From an uncultured Actinomycetota bacterium (lineage in GTDB: Bacteria > Actinomycetota > Actinomycetes > Propionibacteriales > Nocardioidaceae): a stretch of 64,000 nt of DNA. Where the stretch lies: assembly GCA_963785115.1 (NCBI GenBank), contig CAWATY010000007.1, positions 192,408 through 256,407 of the forward strand, given 5' to 3'. The position numbers were made by a program, and so were the translations under genes. Below the pieces are notes generated by a model, which made no database searches, was not told the DNA's origin, and saw only the letters and a program-made list of their open reading frames with translations. This document shows, piece after piece, positions 17,993 through 28,273 of the stretch (positions are counted from its first letter, which is position 1; every line of letters starts with the position of its first letter).

Positions 17993-19761
17993 CCGCGAGG
18001 GCGAGGACCGCGGTCAGCGGGATCGCCGAGTCCGGCGAGCTGGGCGGTGAGGGTGTCGATCTCGTCGTCGGGGTGTGGTGGCGCCGGTTGGTGCGGCAGG
18101 CCGTGGAGCCAGGTGAGCCATTCGGTGTCGACGGTGTGGTCGGTGGGGTCGGAGCCCGGGCCGAGGGCTGGTGGCGGCCGGCTGGTGTGGGTGGTGGTGT
18201 TGGGCAGGGTCCAGTCGATGTCGGGGGCGTTGGTCCGGTAGCTGTCGATGCCGTCGCCCCAGGGCCGGTGCGGTTTGGTCTTTGCGTGCACGCGGGGGTG
18301 GTCTTTGAGGGTGTGGCTGCGCCTGGACAGGCCTTGTCCGTTGTGCGCGGCGGTGGGGCCGCCGTGGTGGTGGTCGTGGATGTGGTCGATGTCGGCGATG
18401 GTGTCGCCGGTGAGCCGGTCGGTGTGGTCGCGCCAGGTGGTGAACTGGCGCAGCGTGCCGGTGAACCTGCGGGCGGTGGAGTCCATCTGGACCAGCCGGC
18501 CGTCGGTCGGGTCGCAGAACAACCGGCGCAGGCTGGTGGTCGCCCCAGTTTGCTGGGCGGTGGTGATGATGTCGGTGAGGGTGTCGGCGTCGATCGCGCC
18601 GTAGCCGCGGAGCAGGCCGGGTTCGCGGTCCAGACCGAGCCAGGTCGCCAACGACACCACCACCTGCACCTCGACATCGACCGGCACCCGCGGCTCGACG
18701 GCGGTGCCCGCCGGATGAAGGGTGGCATCGGTTTCGGCGTCGAGAGCCAGCTGGTCCGGGGGCAGATCCGCGGGGTAGGTGTCCCAGCAGCCCTCGGCGG
18801 ATGCGGGATCGTCGGTGCTGGCGGCGGGTGCCGGTGGCTTGGTCGCGACCCAGGGCTCGAGCCCGTTCACTGACCGCCAGTCCGGCACCACTGAGGTGTC
18901 CTCGGCAGGTTGGTCGGCAGGTTGGTCGTCGGGCTGCTCGGTCGGCTGGTCTGTCGGCTCGGTGGGGGTGACGGCGGCTTTGCCGAGGAGGAGTTCGCAG
19001 ACCAGGTCGGCGCGCAGGGTGTTCAACGGGCGGGGGTCGCCGGCCGACCGCATGGCGCGGGATGTGCGGTCGATGCGGGTGTAGATCGCCAGTGCTTCCT
19101 CGGCGCGCAGGCTGGCCCACACGGTCGCGGTGCCCTGCCACGGGTCGGACAGTCGCACGTCTCGGGTGGCCCGGGCGCGGGCGGCACGTTTCGCGGCGGC
19201 GTCGGGGTCGATCTCCAGCACACGGCGGTCGGCGGCCTTGGCCAGCTCACCGGGGGTCATCTTCCGCCGGCGGGCCTCGGCGCAGACCAGCTCGTCGACC
19301 CGCCGCTGCTGGGCGGGTTCCAGCACCCTGGTGGTCTCGATGACCCGGTTCAGCCCGGCCATCGAGACCCGGCCGGTGCCGACCAGCTCCAACAACCGCG
19401 GATGCGACTCGACCGCGGTGGCCGCGTTCTCCACCCGGGTCCGCGCCGTCATCGTCGCCACCCCGAGGGCCTTGGCGACCTCGACCGGCACCGACCGGCC
19501 GGCCAGCTCCCCGGACAGCCCGATCTGGGCGTCCTCGGCCACCCGCCGGGCCTTCAACGCCGCGAGCTCCCGCACCTGCTCTGCTTGCGCCGCTTGGGAC
19601 AGCCGCTCCAACGCACTGATCCGGTCCACCATTGTGGTGTCAGCAGTGTCGTCGACAGCAGCGGTGCTTCGATCCGTCGCCGAGCAGCGCGGCCAGTGCC
19701 GACCGGTCGCACCCGGTGGCCTCCGCCAGGGTCTCAACGACTGTTTCGAACATACGTTCAT
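17989..19761 (-). CDS. DUF222 / HNH endonuclease-family protein (REP13E12-type repeat gene), copy 1
   Basis: DRISALERLSQAAQAEQVRELAALKARRV...MTARTRVENAATAVESHPRLLELVGTGRVS...IDHIHDHHHGGPTAAHNGQGLSRRSHTLKDH contains the HNH core. The family-typical N-terminus MFETVVETLAEATGCDRSALAALLGD (ATG 19753) sits in another frame and stops early, so the true start is uncertain. Confidence 0.75.
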   Translation of the reverse strand: MNVCSKQSLRPWRRPPGATGRHWPRCSATDRSTAAVDDTADTTMVDRISALERLSQAAQAEQVRELAALKARRVAEDAQIGLSGELAGRSVPVEVAKALGVATMTARTRVENAATAVESHPRLLELVGTGRVSMAGLNRVIETTRVLEPAQQRRVDELVCAEARRRKMTPGELAKAADRRVLEIDPDAAAKRAARARATRDVRLSDPWQGTATVWASLRAEEALAIYTRIDRTSRAMRSAGDPRPLNTLRADLVCELLLGKAAVTPTEPTDQPTEQPDDQPADQPAEDTSVVPDWRSVNGLEPWVATKPPAPAASTDDPASAEGCWDTYPADLPPDQLALDAETDATLHPAGTAVEPRVPVDVEVQVVVSLATWLGLDREPGLLRGYGAIDADTLTDIITTAQQTGATTSLRRLFCDPTDGRLVQMDSTARRFTGTLRQFTTWRDHTDRLTGDTIADIDHIHDHHHGGPTAAHNGQGLSRRSHTLKDHPRVHAKTKPHRPWGDGIDSYRTNAPDIDWTLPNTTTHTSRPPPALGPGSDPTDHTVDTEWLTWLHGLPHQPAPPHPDDEIDTLTAQLAGLGDPADRGPRPRG

Positions 19762-19806
19762 CCTAGCATGATCGACGGACAGTGGCGAGGACTTTCCCCA
19801 ACCATG

Positions 19807-19822
19807 CTTGACGAAAGTCAAG
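19807..19822. promoter_or_regulatory. perfect palindrome CTTGAC-GAAA-GTCAAG in the conserved leader of the DUF222/HNH gene
   Basis: The identical 16-mer recurs at 49203-49218 upstream of copy 2. It contains a TTGAC(T) -35-like element on the minus strand. Confidence 0.5.
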
Positions 19823-20059
19823 AAACGTCTCGCGGACTCCACCCTCGAGCTGAGCGCGAACGCCGCCTCAACCACCGCCCGCTTCAATGCCGCTTGTGCT
19901 TTTCGAATCGGCGACAGCTCCTTGCCGAGCCGACGCTCGCCACCCCCTCAGTCGGCCGGCGACAGCTCAGTCGGATGCGCGACCACATCAACCATCGCCC
20001 CCGACCGCAGCACCGTCACCGCGAGCCGGCTGCCGATGGCCTCGGCGAGCATCAGCCGC

Positions 20060-22042
20060 CTAGGTCTCGATGAAGTACTGCTCCGGGTTGGTCGGCCCGG
20101 GGTTGTTGTACAGGGAGGCGTCGAACACCTCGGCCGGGACGTTGCGGAAGTCGGTCGCGACGATCCCGTAGCCGGGCGGGGTCAGGTTGACCCCGATCGC
20201 GTAGAACTGCTCCCGCGACGTCGCCAGCAGCTCCTTCATCACCTCGTACTGCCCCTCGGGGTCAGGCGTGGCGATCAGCCGGTCGTAGATCGCGAGGTGG
20301 TCCTTGACCGACTGGGGCGGCTCCTCCCCGCTCTCGTCCTCGCCGTCGGAGGAGTACCACTTCGCCCAGGGCTGGGCGTAGTTCGACTCCCCGCTGTTCG
20401 TCGGGCAGTACCAGCGGGGGTCGAGCATCGAGTCGATGAGGCCGTTGTCCCCGGACCACACGTTGGCGTCGTGCAGGTTCTGGTCCTTGCGCTCGTAGAA
20501 CAGCGAGCGCTCCTCACCCCTGACCTGCACGTCGATGCCCACCTCCTGCCAGTACCCCTGGACGAGGTCTGCCGAGTCGTTGATGTCGGGGCGGAACCCG
20601 GTCGGCACGGACAGGGTGAAGGCGATCGGGTCACCGCTGGGCCCGAGCCGGATCCCGGCGTCGTCGCGTTGGTCGTAGCCGGCCTCGTCGAGCAGCTGGT
20701 TGGCCAGGTCGACGTCGTACTCGGTGAACTGGGTGGCGAGCTCCTCGTCGAAGAACGGCGACTCGCGCCGCGGAGCGGCCTGCCAGGGCTCGCCCTGCTG
20801 CTGGTAGACGACGTCGATGATCTCCTGCCGGTCGATGGCGTGCGACAACGCGATCCGGAAGTCCTTGTTCTGGAAGACCTCGCGCAGCACCGGGTCGGGG
20901 TGAGCAAGATTGAGCGCGATGACCGACGTGTTCATCTCGCTGGGCCGGGAGTCGAAGAAGTCGAAGCCGCCGCCCTCCCGCTCGGCCGCGAGGACCGGCT
21001 TGTTCTGCAGCGTGTTGAAGTGCCGCATGTGCATGTCGAAGTCGCCGTTCAGGGCGCGGGTGAGCATCACCTCCTCGTCGAGGATCACGTCGAAGACGAC
21101 CCGGTCGAGGTACGGGAGCTGGCTGCCGTCGGGGTCGGTCTTCCAGTAGTAGGGGTTGCGTTCGAGCGTCACCCGGCTGCCGGTCCCGAGCGGCTCGATC
21201 ATCCGCCAGGGGTTGAGCGTCGGGATGTCACCGTTCTGCCAGTACAGGGACGAGTCGGTGATGCCGGCCTTGGTGTCGAGCAGCGCCACCCAGCTGTCCG
21301 CCCCCTCCTCCTCGACCAGCCGCTCGACGTCGGGGTTGTAATCGCGGTGGAACTGCTCCAGGTAGTGCCGAGGCTTGGCGACGATCTGGTACTGGAGGAT
21401 GTCGTAGGAGGCCCACAGCGCATCGGGGTCCTCGAAGACCAGCCGGAAGGTCAGCTCGTCGTCCTGCTGGAAGGTGAGGCCCACGCTCGTCGCCTCGGGG
21501 TAGACCGTGGGGTTGAGGAAGATGTCGTCGATGGCGAAGGCGATGTCATCGGCGGTGAACGGCTTGCCGTCGGACCACTTGATGCCCTCGCGCAACCGGA
21601 AGGTCAGCTCGGTGGCGTCGTCGTTGTACGAGAACTCCTCGGCGAGGTTCGGGATGGTCTCGGTCCACTCCACGTTCCAGCGGGTGAGGTTCTCGTAGCC
21701 GACGGTGCGGCCGAGCCAGGGCCAGTCCGCCACCCCGAGGGTGGCGCTGCGCCACTCGCCGCCGTAGATGCCGATCGCGTCGTTGGGCTCCACCACCAGC
21801 GGCGACGTGGGGAGCCGTTCCTCGACGGGCGGCAGCTCGCCCTTCTCCACCAGCGCGGCCAGCATCGGTGCCTCCTTGCCCTTCGCGCCCACCGCGGCCG
21901 TCGCCTCCTCGTCGGCGGGATCGGTGGAGAACCACGAGCAGCCGGAGCTCGCGGCGACGAGCGCAGCCGCCCCGCCGCCGCGCAGCACGCTGCGGCGGGT
22001 GGGCCGGAACCTCGGGTGGGGGTGCGGGGCCTGGCGATGCAT
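20060..22042 (-). CDS. ABC transporter substrate-binding lipoprotein, family 5 (peptide/opine/nickel type), Tat-like signal
   Basis: ATG at 22042. MHRQAPHPHPRFRPTRRSVLRGGGAAALVAASSGCS carries a twin-Arg motif and a lipobox. The rest includes YGGEWR...LTFRLREGIKWSDGKPFTADDI...LERNPYYW. Confidence 0.9.
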   Translation of the reverse strand: MHRQAPHPHPRFRPTRRSVLRGGGAAALVAASSGCSWFSTDPADEEATAAVGAKGKEAPMLAALVEKGELPPVEERLPTSPLVVEPNDAIGIYGGEWRSATLGVADWPWLGRTVGYENLTRWNVEWTETIPNLAEEFSYNDDATELTFRLREGIKWSDGKPFTADDIAFAIDDIFLNPTVYPEATSVGLTFQQDDELTFRLVFEDPDALWASYDILQYQIVAKPRHYLEQFHRDYNPDVERLVEEEGADSWVALLDTKAGITDSSLYWQNGDIPTLNPWRMIEPLGTGSRVTLERNPYYWKTDPDGSQLPYLDRVVFDVILDEEVMLTRALNGDFDMHMRHFNTLQNKPVLAAEREGGGFDFFDSRPSEMNTSVIALNLAHPDPVLREVFQNKDFRIALSHAIDRQEIIDVVYQQQGEPWQAAPRRESPFFDEELATQFTEYDVDLANQLLDEAGYDQRDDAGIRLGPSGDPIAFTLSVPTGFRPDINDSADLVQGYWQEVGIDVQVRGEERSLFYERKDQNLHDANVWSGDNGLIDSMLDPRWYCPTNSGESNYAQPWAKWYSSDGEDESGEEPPQSVKDHLAIYDRLIATPDPEGQYEVMKELLATSREQFYAIGVNLTPPGYGIVATDFRNVPAEVFDASLYNNPGPTNPEQYFIET

Positions 22043-22059
22043 GGCGTGTCCTCTCCTCG

Positions 22060-23121
22060 TCAGCCGACGCCGACGAGCTCGAGCTCCTCGGCGTAGTGGC
22101 AGGCGGTCAGCCGGCCGTCGGGCAGCGGGCGCAGCGGCGGCTCCTCGGCCGCGCAGCGCTCGGTCGCGTACGGGCACCGGGTGCGGAAGGCGCACCCGGA
22201 CGGTGGGTCGGTGGGGTCGGGCAGCTCGCCCTGCAGCACGATCCGCCGCTCGGGGTCGCGCAGCCGGGGGTCGGGCTTGGGCACCGCCGACAGCAGCGCC
22301 TCGGTGTAGGGGTGTCGCGGTCGCTCGTACAGCCGCTCGGTCTCGCACAGCTCCACGACGCGGCCGAGGTACATCACGGCGACCCGGTCGCAGACGTACT
22401 CGACGACGGACAGGTCATGGCTGACGAACAGGTAGGTGAGGTCGAGCTCCTGCTGCAGGTCGCGCAGCAGGTTGAGGATCTGGGCGCGGACCGACACGTC
22501 GAGGGCGCTCACCGCCTCGTCGGCCACCACCAGCCGCGGGTCGGTCACCAGCGCCCGGGCGATGCTGGCCCGCTGCCGCTCGCCGCCCGAGAACGCGTGC
22601 GGGTAGCGGTGCATGTACTCCGGTCGCAGCCCGACCCGGCGCAGGATCTCGGCCACCCGGTCCTCGAGCTCGCTGCCGCTCGCGATGCCGTTGACCTTGA
22701 GCGGCTCGCCGACGATCTGCAGCAGCGTGAACCGGGGGTTGAGCGACGAGTGCGGGTCCTGGAACACCATCCGGATGTCGCGCCGCACGTCGCGCAGCGC
22801 CCGCCGGTCCAGCGTCAGCAGGTCGATGACGGACCCGTCGGCCCGGCGGTAACGGATCTCGCCCTCGGCGGCGTCCAGGGCGCGGAGCACGCTCAGCCCG
22901 AGCGTCGTCTTGCCGCAGCCGGACTCGCCGACCAGACCCACCGTCTCGCCGGCCTGCACCTCGAGGTCGATCCCGTCGACCGCGCGCACCACCGCGTGGT
23001 GTCGGCGCCCCACGCCGCCGGAGCGGACCGGGAAGTGCACCCGCAGGTCGCGCAGCTCGAGCAGCGGCTCGGTCTGCACCGCGGGGTCAGTCGTCATGTC
23101 AGTCGTCACGTCAGTCGTCAC
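22060..23121 (-). CDS. ABC transporter ATP-binding protein (OppF/DppF type)
   Basis: [27 protein letters not shown] and [12 protein letters not shown] motifs, plus a C-terminal oligopeptide-type extension. Confidence 0.92.
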   Translation of the reverse strand: MTTDVTTDMTTDPAVQTEPLLELRDLRVHFPVRSGGVGRRHHAVVRAVDGIDLEVQAGETVGLVGESGCGKTTLGLSVLRALDAAEGEIRYRRADGSVIDLLTLDRRALRDVRRDIRMVFQDPHSSLNPRFTLLQIVGEPLKVNGIASGSELEDRVAEILRRVGLRPEYMHRYPHAFSGGERQRASIARALVTDPRLVVADEAVSALDVSVRAQILNLLRDLQQELDLTYLFVSHDLSVVEYVCDRVAVMYLGRVVELCETERLYERPRHPYTEALLSAVPKPDPRLRDPERRIVLQGELPDPTDPPSGCAFRTRCPYATERCAAEEPPLRPLPDGRLTACHYAEELELVGVG

Positions 23122-24178
23122 GTTCGTCTCCCGCCGGGTCCACGTGCAGCAGGCAGCGGGCGGTGCGACCGGGCCCCACCGACGTCACGGGCGGGACGAC
23201 CTGGTCGCAGCGGCCGGCCATGAATGCGTCGCAGCGCGGGTGGTACGGGCAGCCTTCGGGTCGGGCGTACGGGTCGGGGACCATGCCCCGGATGGGCTCC
23301 AGCCGCTCGTCGCGGCGCCGGCCGAGGGCGGGGATCGAGGCGAGCAGCGCCCGGGTGTAGGGGTGCTGCGGGTCGTGGAAGACGTCGTCGACGGGTCCCT
23401 GCTCGGCGACGATGCCGAGGTACATGACCGCCACCTCGTCGGCCATCTCCGCCACCACGCCCATGTCGTGGGTGATGAACACGATGGCCATGCCGAGCTC
23501 GGCCTGCAGCCGCCGCAGCAGGTCGAGGATCTGCGCCTGCGTGGTCACGTCGAGCGCGGTGGTGGGCTCGTCGGCGATGAGCAGCGCCGGTCGGCAGGAC
23601 AGGGCCATCGCGATCATCACCCGCTGCCGCATGCCGCCCGAGAGCTGGAACGGGTAGGCGTCGACGACCCGAGCGGGCGAGGGGATGCCCACCAGCCCGA
23701 GCAGGTCGATCACCTCGGCCCGTGCCTGCTTCTTGCTGAGCGTGGTGTGCACCCGCAGGGCCTCACCGACCTGGTTGCCGACGGTGTGCACCAGGCTGAG
23801 CGAGCTCATCGGCTCCTGGAACACCATCGCCATGTCCTTACCGCGCACCGCCCGGATCTCGCGGCCCTTGGGGTCCATGGCCGCCACGTCGACCGGCGGT
23901 TCGCCGGGTTCCCGGTACAGCAGCACCTCGCCGCCGACCACCCGCCCCGGCGGGTCGACCAGCTGCATCAGCGAGCGGGCGGTGACGGACTTGCCGCACC
24001 CGCTCTCGCCGACGACGCACAGCGTCTGGCCGGCCCGCACGGTGAGGTCGACGCCGTCGACGGCGCGTACCAGGCCCTGCTCGGTGCCGAACTGGGTCGT
24101 GAGCCCACGCACCTGGACCAGCACCCGACCCGGCTCGGCGACCGGCTCCGCAGCCCGCGCGGCATGCACCGCCGTCAT
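23111..24178 (-). CDS. ABC transporter ATP-binding protein (OppD/DppD type)
   Basis: [26 protein letters not shown] and [12 protein letters not shown] motifs. I chose the ATG at 24178 ([11 protein letters not shown]), 7 nt after the permease stop. 24235 is an alternative start. Confidence 0.9.
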   Translation of the reverse strand: MTAVHAARAAEPVAEPGRVLVQVRGLTTQFGTEQGLVRAVDGVDLTVRAGQTLCVVGESGCGKSVTARSLMQLVDPPGRVVGGEVLLYREPGEPPVDVAAMDPKGREIRAVRGKDMAMVFQEPMSSLSLVHTVGNQVGEALRVHTTLSKKQARAEVIDLLGLVGIPSPARVVDAYPFQLSGGMRQRVMIAMALSCRPALLIADEPTTALDVTTQAQILDLLRRLQAELGMAIVFITHDMGVVAEMADEVAVMYLGIVAEQGPVDDVFHDPQHPYTRALLASIPALGRRRDERLEPIRGMVPDPYARPEGCPYHPRCDAFMAGRCDQVVPPVTSVGPGRTARCLLHVDPAGDERDD

Positions 24179-24185
24179 GACGCGA

Positions 24186-25313
24186 TCACCGGGCCGCCGC
24201 CGCGTACGGGTCCGCGGAGTCACGCAGACCGTCACCGACGAAGTTCAGGGCCAGCACCGCCGTCGCCACGGCCGCGCCCGGTGCGAGCACCCACGGCGCG
24301 GTCGAGACCGCGCGGATGTTCTGTGCCTCCTGCAGCAGCACGCCCCAGCTGACGACCGGGGCCTGCAGTCCGAGGCCGAGGAACGACAGCGCGGTCTCGG
24401 CGAGGATCATGAACGGGATCGCGAGCGTCAGCGAGGCGATCACGTGGCTGGCGAACGACGGCAGCATGTGCCGGAAGATGATCCGCGGGCGGCTGCAGCC
24501 GTCCAGCTCCGCGGCACGCACGAAGTCCTCCTGACGCAGCGACAGGAATCGCCCGCGCACCACCCGGGCGAGGTCGGTCCACCCGAGGACCGAGAGCAGG
24601 ATGGTGATCGCGAAGTACGTCTTCAGCGGGCCCCACCCGGGCGGCACGGCCGCGGACAGGCCCAACCACAGCGGGATGGTCGGGATCGACATCAGGAACT
24701 CGATGACCCGCTGGATCGCCGTGTCGACCGCACCCCCGAAGTACCCGGACACCCCGCCGAAGACGATGCCGAGCACGAAGGCGATCGCTACGCCGACCAG
24801 GCCGATCGAGAGCGAGATGCGGGTGCCGTACGCGAGCCGGGAGACCATGTCCCGGCCGAGCCGGTCGGACCCGAGCAGGAACATCGCCTGGTCCGGGTCC
24901 TTGGGTCCGATCAGGTGGGTGTCCATCGGGATCAGGCCCCACAGCCGGTAGGACTCGCCGTCGACCAGGAAACCGACCTCGACCTTCTGCGACTCGTCGG
25001 TCTCGTACGTGCGCTCGAGCGTCTCGTCGTCGACGGTCGCGTCGTAGCCGTGCACGTACAGCCCGAGGTCGATGCCAGGACCCGAGGTGTCGATGAAGTG
25101 CAGCCGCTGCGGTGGTGCGTAGATGTGGTCGGGGTCGACCGAGTCGGGCCGCTGCGGCGACAGGAACTCGCAGGACAGCGCCACCATCACGAACAGCCCG
25201 ATGACGACGAGTCCGGCCATCGCGACGCGGTGCCGGCGGAACCGCCACCACACGAGCTTCCACTGCGGCGCGACGTAGACGCGTGGCTGCGGTTCCGTGC
25301 TCGTGCTGCTCAT
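24186..25313 (-). CDS. ABC transporter permease (DppC/OppC type)
   Basis: [43 protein letters not shown]... and the EAA-type loop [26 protein letters not shown]. Confidence 0.9.
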   Translation of the reverse strand: MSSTSTEPQPRVYVAPQWKLVWWRFRRHRVAMAGLVVIGLFVMVALSCEFLSPQRPDSVDPDHIYAPPQRLHFIDTSGPGIDLGLYVHGYDATVDDETLERTYETDESQKVEVGFLVDGESYRLWGLIPMDTHLIGPKDPDQAMFLLGSDRLGRDMVSRLAYGTRISLSIGLVGVAIAFVLGIVFGGVSGYFGGAVDTAIQRVIEFLMSIPTIPLWLGLSAAVPPGWGPLKTYFAITILLSVLGWTDLARVVRGRFLSLRQEDFVRAAELDGCSRPRIIFRHMLPSFASHVIASLTLAIPFMILAETALSFLGLGLQAPVVSWGVLLQEAQNIRAVSTAPWVLAPGAAVATAVLALNFVGDGLRDSADPYAAAAR

Positions 25314-25320
25314 CGGCCGC

Positions 25321-26307
25321 TCACCGGTACCGGATCCGGGGGTCCCAGAGCGCCAGCAGCACGTCGGACAGCAGCGTGCCGACGACGGTGAGCGCGCTGA
25401 GGATGAGGATGAAGCCACCGGCCAGGTACATGTCCTGGCTGAGCAGAGCCCGCAGCAGCAACGGCCCGGTCGTCTCCAGGCTCAGCACGATCGAGACGAT
25501 CACCTCTCCACTGATGAGCGTCGGCAGGACCCAGCCGAGGGTGCTGATGAACGGGCTCAGCGACATCCGCACCGGGTACTTGTGGATGACCCGCCGTTCG
25601 GACAGCCCCTTGGCGCGGGCCGTGGTGACGTAGGGCTTGCGCAGCTCGTCGAGCAGGTTGGCGCGCATCACCCGGACGAGGGTTGCCGTGCCCGCCATGC
25701 CGATGATGAGTACCGGGACCCACAGGTGCGAGAGCAGGTCGAGCACCTTGCCGAGGTTCCACGCCGCGTCTGCGTACTCCGGCGAGAACAGCCCGCCCAC
25801 GCTCTGCCCGAAGAAGCGGAACGAGATGTAGAGGAACAGCAGCGCGAGCAGGAAGTTCGGGACCGCGAGGCCGATGAAGCCGATGAACGTGAAGACGTAG
25901 TCGCCGATGGTGTGCTGGTGCACGGCGGAGTAGACGCCGATCGGGAACGCGATCGCCCAGCTGAGCAGCAGGGTCGAGACCGCGAGCACGACGGTCAGGC
26001 CGATCCGGTCACCGATGAGGTCGGACACCGGCCGCCCCCACTCGAAGGACTGCCCGAAGTCGCCGTGCAGCAGGATGCCGCTGATCCACTTCCAGTACTG
26101 CACGACGATCGAGTCGTCGAGGCCGTAGCGCTCCTCCAGCGCCCGCAGCTGGCCCTGGTCGACGCTCTCGCCCCGCGAGGACAGTTCGGCGGCGTACGCG
26201 CTGAGGAAGTTGCCCGGTGGCAGCTGGATGATGACGAACGCCACCAGCGAGACGGCGAACAAGGTGACCACCATGTACACCAGCCGCCGGATCAGGAAGA
26301 CGAGCAT
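25321..26307 (-). CDS. ABC transporter permease (DppB/OppB type)
   Basis: MLVFLIRRLVYMVVTLFAVSLVAFVIIQLPPG...KPYVTTARAKGLSERRVIHKYPVRMSL. ATGA overlap with the cupin stop. Confidence 0.9.
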   Translation of the reverse strand: MLVFLIRRLVYMVVTLFAVSLVAFVIIQLPPGNFLSAYAAELSSRGESVDQGQLRALEERYGLDDSIVVQYWKWISGILLHGDFGQSFEWGRPVSDLIGDRIGLTVVLAVSTLLLSWAIAFPIGVYSAVHQHTIGDYVFTFIGFIGLAVPNFLLALLFLYISFRFFGQSVGGLFSPEYADAAWNLGKVLDLLSHLWVPVLIIGMAGTATLVRVMRANLLDELRKPYVTTARAKGLSERRVIHKYPVRMSLSPFISTLGWVLPTLISGEVIVSIVLSLETTGPLLLRALLSQDMYLAGGFILILSALTVVGTLLSDVLLALWDPRIRYR

Positions 26308-27008
26308 CAGTCGCCCGCCTCGGACAGGTCGTAGGTCGCGAGCCGCCCGCACATGCCGAACCGGCGATCGCCGGGCGCGCTGGCGGAGTGGGTGCGGCCC
26401 TCCCAGAGGTGCCCCACGTCGCCGTCCGCCAGCGCGGCCAGCTGCTCGCCGGTGCGATCCGCCGCTGCTCGCGCGCCCCGCTCCCACGTCTCGCGCCAGC
26501 GCTGCTGCTGGCCGGCGGTGAGGCGAGCCGCCGCCGCGTAGAAGCGACCCAGCGCGTCGGTGTCCCCCGACTCGACCTCGGTGCGCAGCGCCAGGAAGCC
26601 CTCGATCGCGAGGTCCTTGCGGCGACGCGCCGAGGCCTCGTCGCTGGCCGTCGCCGCGCGGGCGTACGCGTCCGCGTCGGCCAGCACCTCGGGAGGGAAC
26701 GTGAAGACGGCGTCACCGGCCTCGGGCAGACCGGAGTTCTGCATCACCACCACGACCTGCAGGCCACCGGTGTTGACCGCGCGATGCACGACGCCCGGGC
26801 CGAACCACACGGTGGTCAGCGGCTCCAGCGGGGTCTCCCGGAAGCCCTCGGCACCGAGCGTCTGCAGTGACCCGGTGCCGGCAACGGCCACATAGGCCTC
26901 GGTGCAGGCGAGGTGCACGTGCGCCGAGCCACCGCACCGGCCGTCCGGCGAGCTCCAGTCATAGACGTCGAGGTGGGTGACACCGGTGCCGCCCGGGAAC
27001 GTGTTCAC
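26307..27008 (-). CDS. cupin domain-containing protein
   Basis: GGSAHVHLACTEAYVAVAGTGSLQTLG...TVWFGPGVVHRAVN is a two-His cupin core, followed by a helical C-terminal extension. Confidence 0.7.
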   Translation of the reverse strand: MNTFPGGTGVTHLDVYDWSSPDGRCGGSAHVHLACTEAYVAVAGTGSLQTLGAEGFRETPLEPLTTVWFGPGVVHRAVNTGGLQVVVVMQNSGLPEAGDAVFTFPPEVLADADAYARAATASDEASARRRKDLAIEGFLALRTEVESGDTDALGRFYAAAARLTAGQQQRWRETWERGARAAADRTGEQLAALADGDVGHLWEGRTHSASAPGDRRFGMCGRLATYDLSEAGD

Positions 27009-28078
27009 CAGCGCGCCCCGTCGCCGTCCATCCGGTCGTGGAAGGGCGAGCCGGCGGTGAGCGAGTCGCGCCGGACCGTGCGCGACCCGAACGCCGACGC
27101 GTAGATGCCGGCGACCAGCTGGACCGTCCCCAGCGCGTCACCGGTCGTGACCGGTGGCGGCCTGCCCTCGCGCAGTGCCCCGACCACCTCAGCGAGCTGG
27201 GCGGCGTGCCCGCTCGGCCGTCCCCCCGGCAGCGCCTCCCACGCCTCCAGCACGTCGTCGCATCCCGGGGCCGGCGTGACCCGCCAGGCGGCGTCGTCAT
27301 AGCCGTACAGGTGTGTCACCTCGACGGTCGCTCGCTCCAGGTCGAAGCGCAGGTAGCTCTCCTCGCGGGGCGAGAGCACGCTGTTGACCACGCTGGCCAC
27401 CGCCCCGTTGGCGAAGGTCACGTGGGCAAGCGAGAGATCCTCGGTCTCCATCGAGCGGGCCTGCTGGCGGGCCAGCGCCGACACCTCGACCCACTCGCCG
27501 AGCACCGCCAGCAGCAGGTCCATCTGGTGGATGCCGTGACCCATCGTCGGGCCGCCACCCTCGCTGTCCCAGGTGCCCCGCCAGGGCAGGTCGAAGTACG
27601 GCTGCGGACGGAACCAGGTGGTGGTGCAGAGCGCCAGCAGCGGCCTGCCGAGGACACCGTCGGCGAGCAGTCGGCGCAGCCGCTGGGCGCCGCTGCCGAA
27701 GCGGTGCTGGAAGATGGTGGCGACCCAGGGCCCGGACGCCTTCTCCGCTGCCGCCAGGTCCTCCAGCTGCGCCACCGACAGGGTCGGCGGCTTCTCGACG
27801 ATCACGGAGACTCCGCTGCGCAGGCAGGCGAGCGCCTGCTCGTGGTGCAGGCCAGGCGGCGTGCACACGTGCACGAGATCGGGCCGGGCCGCGTCGAGCA
27901 TCGGCTCCAGCGCGGTGTAGCGACCCGCGACGTCGTGCTCGTCAGCGAACGCCGCCACCCGGTCGGCGTCGATGTCGGCCGCGGCCACCAGCTGCACGCC
28001 CTCGAGGGTGCGCAGCGCCCGGGCGTGGATGCCGGCGATGGTGCCGGTCCCGACGATGGCGGTGCGCACGGGCTGCAC
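27005..28078 (-). CDS. Gfo/Idh/MocA-family oxidoreductase
   Basis: MQPVRTAIVGTGTIAGIHARAL forms the Rossmann motif, followed by VHVCTPPGLHHEQALACLRSGVSVIVEKP. Confidence 0.9.
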   Translation of the reverse strand: MQPVRTAIVGTGTIAGIHARALRTLEGVQLVAAADIDADRVAAFADEHDVAGRYTALEPMLDAARPDLVHVCTPPGLHHEQALACLRSGVSVIVEKPPTLSVAQLEDLAAAEKASGPWVATIFQHRFGSGAQRLRRLLADGVLGRPLLALCTTTWFRPQPYFDLPWRGTWDSEGGGPTMGHGIHQMDLLLAVLGEWVEVSALARQQARSMETEDLSLAHVTFANGAVASVVNSVLSPREESYLRFDLERATVEVTHLYGYDDAAWRVTPAPGCDDVLEAWEALPGGRPSGHAAQLAEVVGALREGRPPPVTTGDALGTVQLVAGIYASAFGSRTVRRDSLTAGSPFHDRMDGDGARW

Positions 28079-28100
28079 GAGACTCCCTGTTGTTGTTGTG

Positions 28101-28114
28101 GGAAAGCGTTATCC
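28101..28114. promoter_or_regulatory. LacI-type operator (site A)
   Basis: GGAAAGCGTTATCC, 23 bp upstream of the 28078 start, in a locally AT-richer divergent promoter region. Confidence 0.55.
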
Positions 28115-28247
28115 GCTGACCGTAGGCAGCGGCTCTCCGCGCTGTCAATACCCGGACGTACCAGGACAAAGGCCGAAAACTTTCGAGGCAGCCGCCGGCC
28201 GTCCCGTGGCCTTGCGTCTCGGCGACGCGGCGTCCTAGAGTCGCCTG

Positions 28248-28261
28248 GGTAAGCGTTTTCC
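28248..28261. promoter_or_regulatory. LacI-type operator (site B)
   Basis: GGTAAGCGTTTTCC, immediately upstream of the GGAGG SD of the plus-strand operon. Confidence 0.55.
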
Positions 28262-28273
28262 ACGGAGGTGCCG

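Noticed and set aside
19921-20057. Short minus-strand ORF (RLMLAEAIGSRLAVTVLRSGAMVDVVAHPTELSPAD) between the SBP stop and the HNH leader
   Set aside because: Only ~35-40 codons, with no start context and no recognisable motif. It may be a remnant of a gene truncated by the HNH element, but that cannot be supported.
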